64,000 nt of DNA from an uncultured delta proteobacterium (GTDB lineage Bacteria > Desulfobacterota > WTBG01), in the NCBI GenBank assembly GCA_963793865.1, contig CAWCBP010000004.1, forward strand, positions 96,001 to 160,000. Direction: 5' to 3'. Made by a program: the position numbers and the translations under genes. Shown one piece after another: positions 1 through 10,389 of the stretch (position 1 is the stretch's first letter; each line of letters opens with the position of its first letter). The notes beneath the pieces were generated by a model. That model made no database searches and was not told the DNA's origin. It saw nothing but the letters and a program-made list of their open reading frames with translations.

Positions 1-45
1 TCCCAAGACAACCAGTCTGTACCAGCCCAAACTAGTCCGCTTCAT
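1..45 (-). CDS. 5' end of a probable exported protein running off the left edge
   Basis: Minus strand GGAGGG RBS, then ATG at 45 giving MKRTSLGWYRLVVLG (signal-peptide-like); sigma70-like promoter at ~462-488. Confidence 0.5.
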   Translation of the reverse strand, partial: MKRTSLGWYRLVVLG

Positions 46-109
46 CTTTTGATCCCTCCCCCGTGCCCTTTCGGGGCGCCATCAATCATGATAATGTAAT
101 TCTATAGAC

Positions 110-437
110 ATGTCATTCTGCGGCTCGACCGCAGAATCCAGTTTGAATTTTTTATTGGATCCTGCGATCAAGTCGCAGGATGACCCGGCACTTTGAACAG
201 AAGAAAGATTTCTCGCTCACGCTCGAAATGACATGGGGGAGGCATCAAAATAATACGGTAGGAGCGGCTTCAGCCGCGAAACCTATCCTTTCCCGCTGCC
301 TTTCGAAGGAGCTTTCAACCTTAATCCTCTTCCGCCCTCCCGGTCATTTCGAAGAAGCGAAGCGACTGAGAAATCTTATTCTATGTTCGCGTTAAACAAC
401 GAGATTGCCGCACTCAATTTGGTCTCTCGCAATGACC
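110..437. repeat. Mosaic of REP-like palindromes (GTCATT...ATGAC type, GTAG REP, GAGATTGC...CGCAATGAC type)
   Basis: gtcattctgcggctcgaccgcagaatcc, ggatcctgcgatcaagtcgcaggatgac, gtaggagcggcttcagccgcgaa (258-280), gagattgccgc...ctcgcaatgac. Confidence 0.75.
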
Positions 438-460
438 ATAAAATATCGCCATTTTCATGC

Positions 461-488
461 ATCATAGTGCAAATAGCTTTTTTGTCAA
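461..488 (-). promoter_or_regulatory. Sigma70-like promoter TTGACA-16-TATGAT
   Basis: Near-consensus hexamers on the minus strand, just downstream of a terminator. Confidence 0.5.
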
Positions 489-524
489 GCAATCAATTAT
501 CGCAGATAATCGCGTTTTCCCCGC

Positions 525-573
525 AAAAAAGATCCCTCAGCAGAGGCTCTGCTGAGGGGTCCCCCTCCTTATT
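525..573 (-). terminator. Intrinsic terminator preceded by TAAGGAGG (copy 1 of 3)
   Basis: ccctcagcaga/tctgctgaggg stem plus U-tract, ~20 nt after the stop at 592. Confidence 0.8.
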
Positions 574-591
574 AAAGGTTAGTGAAAGATA

Positions 592-3500
592 CTAATTCGG
601 GTAGCTGCACCAATCGGGTTCTGCGCATGTAGGAGACTCAGGACAGGGATTCTGTATGCTGTTCCTGCCAAAGTCCGCCTTGAACCTGCTTGCATCAGTC
701 CCATCCACATCTGCGTCGCAATCAAAATCGCCGCGGCAGGGATTGAAGCTATTACAGGGAAAATTAAACTGGCCTCTACCAAAATAGAGTTTGAAGATGG
801 ATGCATCCGAACCGTCGACATCTGCATCACAGTTAAAGTTTCCTTCACATTCGCAGGCATCACCCACTGTATTACCTCCGGGCGGAAGGTTGTCTTCCTG
901 TCCGGGATTGTAATTTATGGGACAGTTGTCACACCCATCTCCAAAGCCATCGCCATCCGCCTCCGCCTGATCTGCATTAGCAACAGTGGGGCAGTTATCG
1001 ATGTCACCGCAAACGGTATCACCATCAACGTCGTTGTTGGGATCATTTGGACAGATGTCGTCGAAATCGCATGTTCCATCCCCATCCGTGTCACCGCCGC
1101 CTGCGGTAATACAGACGCCGCTCTGGCATTGATCAGGAATGGAGCAGGTGTCACCATCGTTGCAGATGGTTCCGTCGGGCAGCGGATCGGCTGCACAGGT
1201 TCCGGCAGGTTCTTCACAGACACCGGTATTGCACTGGTCGGTCAGGGAGGAGCAGTCCACCGTCAACCCTGCCTGACACATCTCAGTCAAGAGGTTGCAG
1301 GTCTCGGTACCGTTGCACGCAAGGCCGTCATCGCAGTCCGCGTCATCGCCGCAATTTACGCAGGGCGGCACGGACGTCGCCCAGGGCGTGTAGTCAACGT
1401 TACCGGAAACCGCATCGCAACCGGCGGCTCCAGGTCCACTCACGCAGCCCCACCAGTTGTTTTCAGCAGTTAATGTTGCAGCCAACTGATTATTAACACC
1501 CGGCGTGTTTCCGTCTATGCTATTGTTTTCAATTAAAATTGTACCTGGCCAGCCATTATCCATATAAATACCATCTGACGCGTTGTTTTTAATCGCATTA
1601 CATTGAATGGAAACATCCTTGGGTCCGTAGGTTCCATTCACTGTCAACGCAGCATCAGCAATGGACTGAATATCAATACCCCACAAATTATTTTCAATAA
1701 TATTGTTTTCAACTACTATTGTTCTGGCATCAACAATCCAGATCGCATCATTGGTTGCATTATCATGGATGTAATTGTTTTTCACCTCAAGGGCTCCGGT
1801 ACCTGCAGTAATGGATTGCAGCACGATGCCGGAACACTTGGTATTAGTTACCTCATTATTTTCAATTAACAGCCCCGAATAATCCAGGTGGGCCGTTAAA
1901 TCAGGGCCAGGAAAGCCCTCTGACTCATATCCGACATAAATACCGAATCCCCAATAGCCCGGCTGGATATTTGATACTTTGCAATTAGTGATGTGAATAT
2001 TCTGCAAGTTATCCAGCGGTTTGGGGTCATATCCGCATACCATACCGTCCTGGGTGAAATTGGTTACATCAATATTGTTAAATGTAACGTTGCCCGATTT
2101 GATTTTAACGCCGGTTGTCCATGTCGGCACCAGACCGGTTCCATCGAGCACTGCCCCGTCGCACCCGGTAGCCGTCAGCGCCTTGGGAATGATTACCTGT
2201 TCCGGGTAGGTGCCGGCGGCAACATATACCGTACCACCCGGCACCACTGCATCTACACCGAGCTGGATGTATTTGAAAGACTCGTTAAAGTTACCTCGTG
2301 CCGGATGCGCTGCGATGACCGTGCTGTCATCGTTTACAAAGATGTGGCTGCGGTTGCCCTCCGCTGTTCCATCTGCTGCGCGCCGGTCCAGCACAAAGGC
2401 GTCATTGTTGGCAACCGAAAGTGCCAGCACACTCTGTTGGTAATCCGGGTCAAAGAGTGCACCGCCCGTATTCCAAACAATGTCCCATTCGTTGTGGGTG
2501 GCTTCGAAGCTGGGACATTCACCGTGGGTCCCATATTGTTCCCCAGGAGTTGTTACTCATCGTCCTGTTATCGGCATCCGCCTGATTATTGGTATAGTTC
2601 ATTATCCCGCCCTTGGTGTCGTAAATTGTGTTGTTGCTGATGGTGACAGTATTGTTATACTGGACCACCACACCATTGCGGGTGTTGTAAATTGTATTGC
2701 CGGTGATGCTGATGCCGGTGGCGGCACCGGAACCGACACAGATGGCGATTCCGCCCCAAGTGCTCATGGCTCCCGACTGGGCAGGTACATAGATTGTATT
2801 ATCCGTAATCGCAATTCCAGAAAGGCCCAGGTTGACGGGCACCCGTATCAGGGAGTACACCAGTTCATTAAATGCCGGCAGGGGTGCCGGGGGAGGATAC
2901 GGGGGCATTGCACTGTGTGTAATCTCCAGATCCTGCAGGGTTACATTATTTGCCCTGATCTCGAAGACCGAGACGGCGGCAGTGGTGCCCTGTACAATGG
3001 CTCCCCCGCCGGAAGGTCCTAAGATGGTGACCGGCTTATTCACAATTATAGTTGCTGCAACATTGTATGTTCCCGCTGCCACATTAATTATAGTGGCATC
3101 TGCACCATAAACAACGGTACGGCCCCAGAGCGCCTCAGCGGTAATTTCGTTGTTTTCTCCGCTGCCTATATAGTTTTCCCAGCCGCCCGTTCCCAGTTGT
3201 ACGCTTCCCATGTAGTCTGCTGCTCCCTGTATCTCAACTATATAACCGTCACGGTCAACCTCATTCAGGGCCATTATGGCATAGGCGGTTTCCTGGATAG
3301 TTTCATCGCCGTCGTTTGGAATTACGTAGTTTGAGTTCCAGGCAAAGCCACCCCCGGCTATCTGGTAGCCGGCAAGAATCGCCGCCAAATCACTTAAGCT
3401 GCCGGCTGCCGCATGCTCACCTGCAGTCGGGTCAAACTCCTCACCCACCAATGCAAGTGCATATACAGCTCCGGCAAGTCCTATGACATCATAGTATGCA

Positions 3501-4198
3501 TCACCATCAAGTTCATCAATCTCTCCCTTGACACCGGCAATCCACTCGGCGGTGCCGGCTCCTGCGGAGGCCGCACCAACCAGGCCCATGGCTACATCCC
3601 AGGCTGCTAAATTTGCTATGCCCTGATTAAAACGGTCATCACGGATCTTCTGTACATAGCTCGCCGTGCTATAGAGTACGCCTAAGTTTAGTCTGTCATA
3701 CGTGCCGGCGGCCAGAGGTCCATAGAAATAGGTATTGACGTGGTCAGTGTAAGTGGTTCCCCCGAATATCTGGTCAAGCTTAGCTGCCAGATATCCGTCC
3801 GAAGGTGAGAAATTGTAAACCTTTGTTAAAAGGAAAGTACCTGCATCCTGCAGGGCTGCAAGATGATCAGGATCTGCCGTGTGTGAATAGGCCTGGGCAA
3901 GACCCATGGCGATGGGACCAACTGTATTGGTGGGACTTGCGGAAGCGGGATTACCATCATTAAGCGGCCAGTCCCATCCTCCATCATTGTTCTGCAAAGC
4001 AGCAAGCCTGTCGGCACCGCTCTGCATTGAGGTATCAATTGCGACGCTCGCGTCAATGGCGGCCTGAATGGTTGAATAGCAACCACCTGTTCCGCCGGTA
4101 TTAACGCACAACGTTTCCGCACTTGCGGCTCCCAGTCCCAAAGGGATGAGCACTGCCGTAATGACCACAGAAGAAAATATTGATGTAAGCTTTTTCAT
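592..4198 (-). CDS. Giant secreted protein: beta-helix with inserted prenyltransferase/squalene-cyclase-like barrel, second beta-helix, Cys-rich repeats, TSP3 repeats, C-terminal dockerin-like pair; frameshift near 2540
   Basis: Signal peptide MKKLTS...AASA after GGAGGG; TIQAAID and VAAGTY beta-helix motifs; LQNNDGGW/QLGTGGW QW-like motifs; DGDGFGDGCDNCP; GNFNCDADVDGSD/GDFDCDADVDGTD; ORFs 2519-4258 and 592-2430 join by a one-base shift. Confidence 0.75.
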
Positions 4199-4334
4199 TC
4201 TTCCCCTCCATCGTGAATAGGTTTTAAAGCAAAGCTTCGTTGAAAATAATCTTCTCACTGCATCAAGTCCGTTGCCTCACCCCCTTTCGTGAAATCGTTG
4301 CTCAGTAAAATTTAAAACCTTCTTTAAAATGAAA

Positions 4335-4450
4335 AACCCTTTCATCTATGTTTAATGCATGAAAAAGGGTTAAATAAAAATAAGCTGCCCTGGGAATGGC
4401 ATATGAAGTCATGGTAGTCGACACAGGAATGCCATTCACGTACGGGCAGC
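4335..4450 (-). promoter_or_regulatory. Structured 5' leader with two hairpin+U-tract elements
   Basis: gctgccc..gaatggcat/atgccattc..gggcagc (4384-4450) and aaccctttcat/atgaaaaagggtt (4335-4371), each followed by T-rich runs on the minus strand. Confidence 0.5.
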
Positions 4451-4651
4451 GGAAGGCTACAGGATTAAAACTAAAATTTCTCAGACTTACGCTCCTATAG
4501 TTTCAACTCTGAAATTTAATCTGCACAAGAATTATTATACTTTTAATACTATCCCTGGGCAGGTATGGATCGGAAACAATAGCAAATAACATATTGCATA
4601 TACATATACCTAAAGGCCATATTGTTTTTATCTTTTTTTTCATATTTTGTA

Positions 4652-4713
4652 TATAGGCAGAAATCTGATTTACCCATTCGAAATTCCTGATTTTTTGCTT
4701 CGAAAAACCTTAG
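4652..4713 (-). promoter_or_regulatory. 22-bp-periodic upstream motif, copy 1
   Basis: cctgattttttgcttcgaaaaaccttag, also at 9937-9969 and 10188-10242; abuts a TATACA-17-TAAAAA promoter. Confidence 0.75.
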
Positions 4714-4814
4714 ATGCTGCTTCGAATATTCTTATAAATAATTAATCAAATAACCTCAAAAATACAAAAAATGCATATGTATATAATTGGTTCGGAAAAC
4801 TTGTAATTACCCAC

Positions 4815-4864
4815 AAAAAAAAGACCCATCAGCAAAGGTTTTGCCGATGGGTCCCCTCCTTATC
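4815..4864 (-). terminator. Intrinsic terminator preceded by TAAGGAGG (copy 2 of 3)
   Basis: gacccatcggcaaa/tttgctgatgggtc stem plus U8, after the stop at 4902. Confidence 0.85.
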
Positions 4865-4901
4865 AAATATTAATTTGCTATTGAATTAACCCGGAGATGG
4901 A

Positions 4902-7900
4902 TCAGTATATCTCCCCGAACAGGCAATAATCACAGCAGTTCATTCTGCCCAGGGCTTTATCAATCATCACCAGCACATCAAAGATGTCTATGTCATTATC
5001 GCTCTCACAGTTCGGGGTACCGGATGGATTTCCGCAATAGGGAGGCAAACCATTGGGCACATCCCCGTTACCAATCTGGCAGTCAGTAGCCGTCTGGAGA
5101 TTCAGGATAATATCAACCGCTTCAAGGATATCAAACAGGTCCACTATGCCGTCGCCGCAGCAGGTCGGAGCACCGCAGGTCCCGCCGATGCAGTCCTGGG
5201 GATAAATATCACCGCAGGTGGTGAAGCAGACCTCGCCCGGGCTTTCGCAAACGCACAGATCCTCGTTATACTGATCTGAAATCTTGCTGGCAACCGGACA
5301 AAGATCAACGCAGGCGTCCTCGCCACAGGTATCCTGCTCAGGCCCTGCTGAATAGACTATCCGGGCAACGGTTCCTCTTCCCTGTGTAATAATGGCCGAC
5401 GGATCGGTCGAGTACAGGACTATCCTGCAGCACCCGTCTGCCTGCTCATTAGCTGAGCAGCTGAAATCGAGGGCGCGGTCAGGATCAACCACACACTGGG
5501 TGCATACCAGGTTGTCCTCCCCGCCTGCGCACTCACAGATATCCGTGACCATCGCCCGTATACTATGTTCCGGGTTAATGAGATTCAGATCAACCAGCCC
5601 CGACTCGCTGTTGGGCTGCATGTTGGTGTCGCCAATATCCACAATCACCTTGCCGATGTCGATTTCTACACTATCAGTACCCCATTCGCAGGTGTCGGTT
5701 ACCGTTATTTCGTATTGCGCAATTTTATCAAGCTGCTGGCAGGAATCGTCAATGGTCAACCTCCAGCAGCAGTTATCGATCTGGTCAATGCTTAAGAATG
5801 GTTCTGCCGGATCGATTGACCACGCCAGGCACGACGGATCGAACGGGTCGCAGTCAGAGCAGACAGTAAAATCGATGACATCATTACATGTGGCGGCAAG
5901 TCCGCGCCTTCCCGGCCGGTTGTATGCGGGATCATTAATCTCTTCACCGGGGCACGTCCTGCCCCGGGCAATTTCAATACCGCACACACAGCCCGGAATC
6001 TTGGTTCCAACACACGTACCGGCAACGCAGACATCGTCTTTGGTACAGGAGTCGGCATCATTGCAGGGTAGTGTATTGTTGGGATTGCTGCAGCCCACTC
6101 CTACTGTGCATATGTCGCCAGTGCAAACATTATTGTCGGAACAGAGTGTATTGTCAGGCGTTCCGTTACAGGTACCGTCTGAGCAGGTGTCGTTCTGGGT
6201 GCAGGCCAGCGTATCATCGCAGGGCAGAGTGTTGTTAGGATGGGAGCATGTTCCGGAACCGTTGCAGACGTCATTGGTGCAGACGTTGCCATCGTCATCG
6301 GTACAGGTGGTACCGTTAGCGGTATAGCAGTTATCTGCGGATTCGTTACAAGTGTTGTTGCAATCAGGCCCGCTGCTGCAGGGATCGCCGGCATGGACTG
6401 AGCAACTCCCTACGCCGCAGGTATCGGTACCGTTGCAGTATAAGCCGTCATCGCAGGCGGTACCGTCAGGAGGATAGCAGTTGTCGGCAGTCTCGTTGCA
6501 TGTATTGTTGCAGGCCGGCCCGCCAATGCAGGGGTCGCCGGCATGCACTGAGCAACTCCCGCCGCTGCAGGTATCGGTACCATTGCAGTATACGCTGTCA
6601 TCGCAGGGCAGAGTGTTGTTAGAATGGGAGCAGGTTCCGGAGCCGTCGCAGACATCGTTGGTGCAGACGTTGCCGTCATCGGTACAGGAGGTGCCGCTTG
6701 AGGTGGAGCAGTTATCTGCGGATTCGTTGCAGGTATTGTTGCAATCAGGCCCGCTGCTGCAGGGATCGCCGGCATGGACTGAGCAACTCCCGCCGCTGCA
6801 GGTATCGGTACCATTGCAGTATAAGCCGTCAGTGCAGGCGGTGCCGTTAGGGGGATAGCAGTTGTCGGCAGCCTCGTTGCAGGTGTTGTTGCAGATGGGC
6901 CCGCCGCTGCAGGGGTCCCCGGCATGAACAGAACAACTCCCGCCGCTGCAGGTATCCGTACCAGTGCAGTACAAGCCGTCATTGCAGGATGCGGTGTTGT
7001 TGGTATGCACGCAGCCGGTCGAGATATTACAGCTGTCAGTTAGTGCAGATGTTGCTGTCATCACAATTTGGTGCCGCTCCTCCAACGCATGTCCCGCCTG
7101 AACAGGTGTCACTGGTGGTGCAGGCGTTTCCGTCATTGCAGGATGCGGTGTTGTTGGTATGCACGCAGCCGGTCGAGATATTGCAGCTGTCGTTGGTGCA
7201 GACGTTGCTGTCATCACAATTTGGTGCCGCTCCTCCAACGCATGTCCCGCCTGAACAGGTGTCACTGGTGGTGCAGGCGTTTCCGTCATTGCAGGATGCG
7301 GTGTTGTTGGTATGCACGCAGCCGGTCGAGATATTGCAGCTATCGTTGGTGCAGACGTTGCTGTCATCACAGCTCAGTGCCGCTCCTCCAACGCATGTCC
7401 CGCCTGAACAGGTGTCACTGGTGGTGCAGGCGTTTCCGTCGCTGCAGGATGCGGTGTTGTTGGTATGCACGCAGCCGGTCGAGATATTGCAGCTATCGTT
7501 GGTACAGACGTTGCTGTCATCACAGCTCAGTGCCGCTCCTCCAACGCATGTCCCGCCTGAACAGGTGTCACTGGTGGTGCAGGCGTTTCCGTCATTGCAG
7601 GATGCGGTGTTGTTGGTATGCACGCAGCCGGTCGAGATATTGCAGCTGTCGTTGGTGCAGATGTTGCTGTCATCACAATTTGGTGCCGCTCCTCCAACGC
7701 ATGTCCCGCCTGAACAGGTGTCACTGGTGGTGCAGGCGTTTCCGTCATTGCAGGATGCGGTGTTGTTGGTATGCACGCAGCCGGTCGAGATATTGCAGTT
7801 GTCGTTGGTGCAGACGTTGCTGTCATCACAATTTGGTGCCGCTCCTCCAACGCATGTCCCGCCTGAACAGGTGTCACTGGTGGTGCAGGCGTTTCCGTCA

Positions 7901-9771
7901 TTGCAGGATGCGGTGTTGTTGGTATGCACGCAGCCGGTCGAGATATTGCAGCTGTCGTTGGTGCAGACGTTGCTGTCATCACAATTCGGTGCCGCTCCTC
8001 CAACGCATGTCCCGCCTGAACAGGTGTCACTGGTGGTGCAGGCGTTTCCGTCATTGCAGGATGCGGTGTTGTTGGTATGCACGCAGCCGGTCGAGATATT
8101 GCAGCTATCGTTGGTGCAGACGTTGCTGTCATCACAATTTAGTGCCGCTCCTCCAACGCATGTCCCGCCTGAACAGGTGTCACTGGTGGTGCAGGCGTTT
8201 CCGTCATTGCAGGATGCGGTGTTGTTGGTATGCACGCAGCCGGTCGAGATATTGCAGCTATCGTTGGTGCAGACGTTGCTGTCATCACAATTAGGTGCCG
8301 CTCCTCCAACGCATGTCCCGCCTGAACAGGTGTCACTGGTGGTGCAGGCGTTTCCGTCATTGCAGGATGCGGTGTTGTTGGTATGCACGCAGCCGGTCGA
8401 GATATTGCAGCTGTCGTTGGTGCAGGCGTTGCTGTCATCACAGCTCAGTGCCGCACCACCAACGCATGTCCCGCCTGAACAGGTGTCACTGGTGGTGCAG
8501 GCGTTTCCGTCATTGCAGGATGCGGTGTTGTTGGTATGCACGCAGCCGGTCGAGATATTGCAGCTATCGTTGGTGCAGATGTTGCTATCATCACAGCTCA
8601 GTGCCGCTCCACCAACGCATGTCCCGCCTGAACAGGTGTCACTGGTGGTGCAGGCGTTTCCGTCATTGCAGGATGCGGTGTTGTTGGTATGGGTGCACGT
8701 TCCGGAGCCGTCGCAGAGATCGTCGGTGCAGACATTGCCATCATCGGCGCAGGATGTCCCGCTTGTGGTGTAGCAGTTATCTCCGGATTCGTTACAGGTG
8801 TTGTTGCACTCAGAGCCACCAGTGCAGGGGTCTCCAGAGTGCACACAGCTCCCTCCGCTGCAGGTGTCGGCGCCGTTGCAGTATAAGCCGTCATCACAGG
8901 AATACCCATCCTCTCTCGGGGTGGAAACGCACTGACCAGTTCTGGTGCTGCATACACCGACGCTGCAGGCATCATCCAGGTCTGAACAGTCGACATTCTG
9001 GCAAATATTAGGATCGGTTGCAGTGGTGACACAATCTGACGGGTCAGAATTCGGCTGCTCCGAGGCAATAGCACAGGAATCGGAAATTGGCACACAATCA
9101 CTGTCTACGCCACAACTAGCTCCGCTTACGGCACACATGTTATTTTCGCAACGCTCGCCATACACGATGTCATCTATTTCTATCAGGCATTTGACGAACG
9201 CATCTTCAGTAGTACAGTCTGTCCCAAAACAAGTGTGTGTAATACCATAGGGATCAGCATCTTCTCCTGATGGTTCGCTTCCGCCCACATTTACATAACA
9301 AATGGAAGTAAATGCTTCAATTTCAACGCTATTAGTACACCTATCATACCTATCATCGTTACACTGGAAAAATCTCGGGCTGAAAGAGCTCTGAGTCGCC
9401 GGAGGACCACCCTCAACGGTCACACAGAGTGCATAGTTCGCGTATGTGTCAAAGTCCGAATCGAAAAGTATACAGCTATTACCCGTGTTAGCACCAGACC
9501 ATCTTGTGTCATCAAAGTTGAACGTCACAGTCAGTTCAAACTGATTCTCACCCGGTCCCACACAGTACTCGGTTACGTCCTTTTGACCCGGTTCGTCATC
9601 CATCCCTTGCAGGTCTACGCTACAGACCTGCGCCGCTACCGGCAAAACATCGATGGATGAGTAGCCCAAAACGATTGCAAACGTGAAGATCAGTAGTATG
9701 AGAAAGCTTTTTGTTTCTTTCCCGATGATTATTGATGATGAACGTTTTCCCGCTACTTTTCTCAATATCAA
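4902..9771 (-). CDS. Giant secreted Cys-rich protein (~1620 aa) with Dictyostelium CTDC-like repeats, a cohesin-like domain and a C-terminal dockerin-like domain; +1 frameshift near 7038
   Basis: N-terminal hydrophobic segment; CNDGNACTTSDTC repeats; last repeat unit has one extra A (ctgtcAgttag vs ctgtcgttgg) joining ORFs 7036-9771 and 4902-7370; GDGIVDLFDIL...DNDIDIFDVL. Confidence 0.8.
7008..8690. repeat. Intragenic tandem array, 11 x 153 bp (51 aa)
   Basis: Period measured directly (tcacaatttggtgccgc at 7061 and 7214); 11 units counted in the translation. Confidence 0.95.
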
Positions 9772-9903
9772 AATACCCCCATCCTTTGCTCTATACTACC
9801 ATAAGTAACGAGATCCTGGAAAAAGAGCAAAGAGTCAAAAAATGGTAAATTATTAAATCTAGTATTAAATATACTATGAAATACTATGAATGGTTTCCCA
9901 CGA

Positions 9904-9969
9904 ATTTTACTAAATTTTTCCTTTTTGTCAATAGGAAAAACCCTGATTTTTGGCTTCGAAAACCCTTAG
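9904..9969 (-). promoter_or_regulatory. 22-bp-periodic motif copy 2 with TTGACA-16-TAAAAT promoter
   Basis: aaaaccctgatttttggcttcgaaaacccttag (9937-9969) next to tgtcaa (9926-9931). Confidence 0.75.
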
Positions 9970-10011
9970 TTTTTCTCCAGCAAAAATTGATGAGCACTAT
10001 TGAGTATCCTC

Positions 10012-10147
10012 AAAAAGACCCCTCGGCAAGGGTTTTGCCGAGGGGTTCCCCTCCTTATTTCGTGTTTTTTATCATTAGATTATAAAATTTATATTCTATC
10101 TGCTCTTCTCGACCACTAAGAAAAAAGGCTAATAACAAACGAAAACG
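10012..10147 (-). ncRNA. Candidate ~135-nt small RNA ending in the TAAGGAGG+terminator hairpin (copy 3)
   Basis: Own TAGACA-17-TATAAA promoter (10182-10154) and terminator (10012-10059); no credible ORF between them. Confidence 0.45.
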
Positions 10148-10187
10148 ATTTCATTTATAAATGACTTTAGCTTATTTGTCTATAGGC

Positions 10188-10242
10188 AAAACCCTGATTT
10201 TTTGCTTCGAAAACCCTGATTTTTTGCTTCGAAAAACCTTAG
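10188..10242 (-). promoter_or_regulatory. 22-bp-periodic motif copy 3 (two perfect 22-mers plus a partial)
   Basis: aaaaccctgattttttgcttcg x2 then aaaaaccttag. Confidence 0.8.
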
Positions 10243-10389
10243 TTAAAATAGCGAAAGCTATCTATGGACATAAAAGCAAAACTTTCATCAAGTTTTATAA
10301 TCAGTTACCGATAACAGTATGCGGGTAGACTCTACCTGTTATATAATTATAGATAGTAAAAAGCTCAGAAGCAGGTTAGGAAAACTTCT

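Noticed and set aside
2519..2521. Selenocysteine at this TGA
   Set aside because: Readthrough would not reach the downstream coding frame, and there is no redox motif
7008..8690. CRISPR array or DGR template/variable repeat
   Set aside because: No unique spacers, repeats are in-frame coding, variation is not clearly adenine-specific, and no cas or reverse transcriptase gene is in the window
6989..9011. Long plus-strand ORFs (594, 408 and 238 aa) over the repeat array
   Set aside because: Antisense shadows of a stop-free tandem repeat; the minus-strand Cys-rich frame has the export signal and domain logic
10188..10242. Mini-CRISPR or iterons
   Set aside because: Head-to-tail repeats without spacers, no rep gene, and a fixed position beside promoters favour an operator
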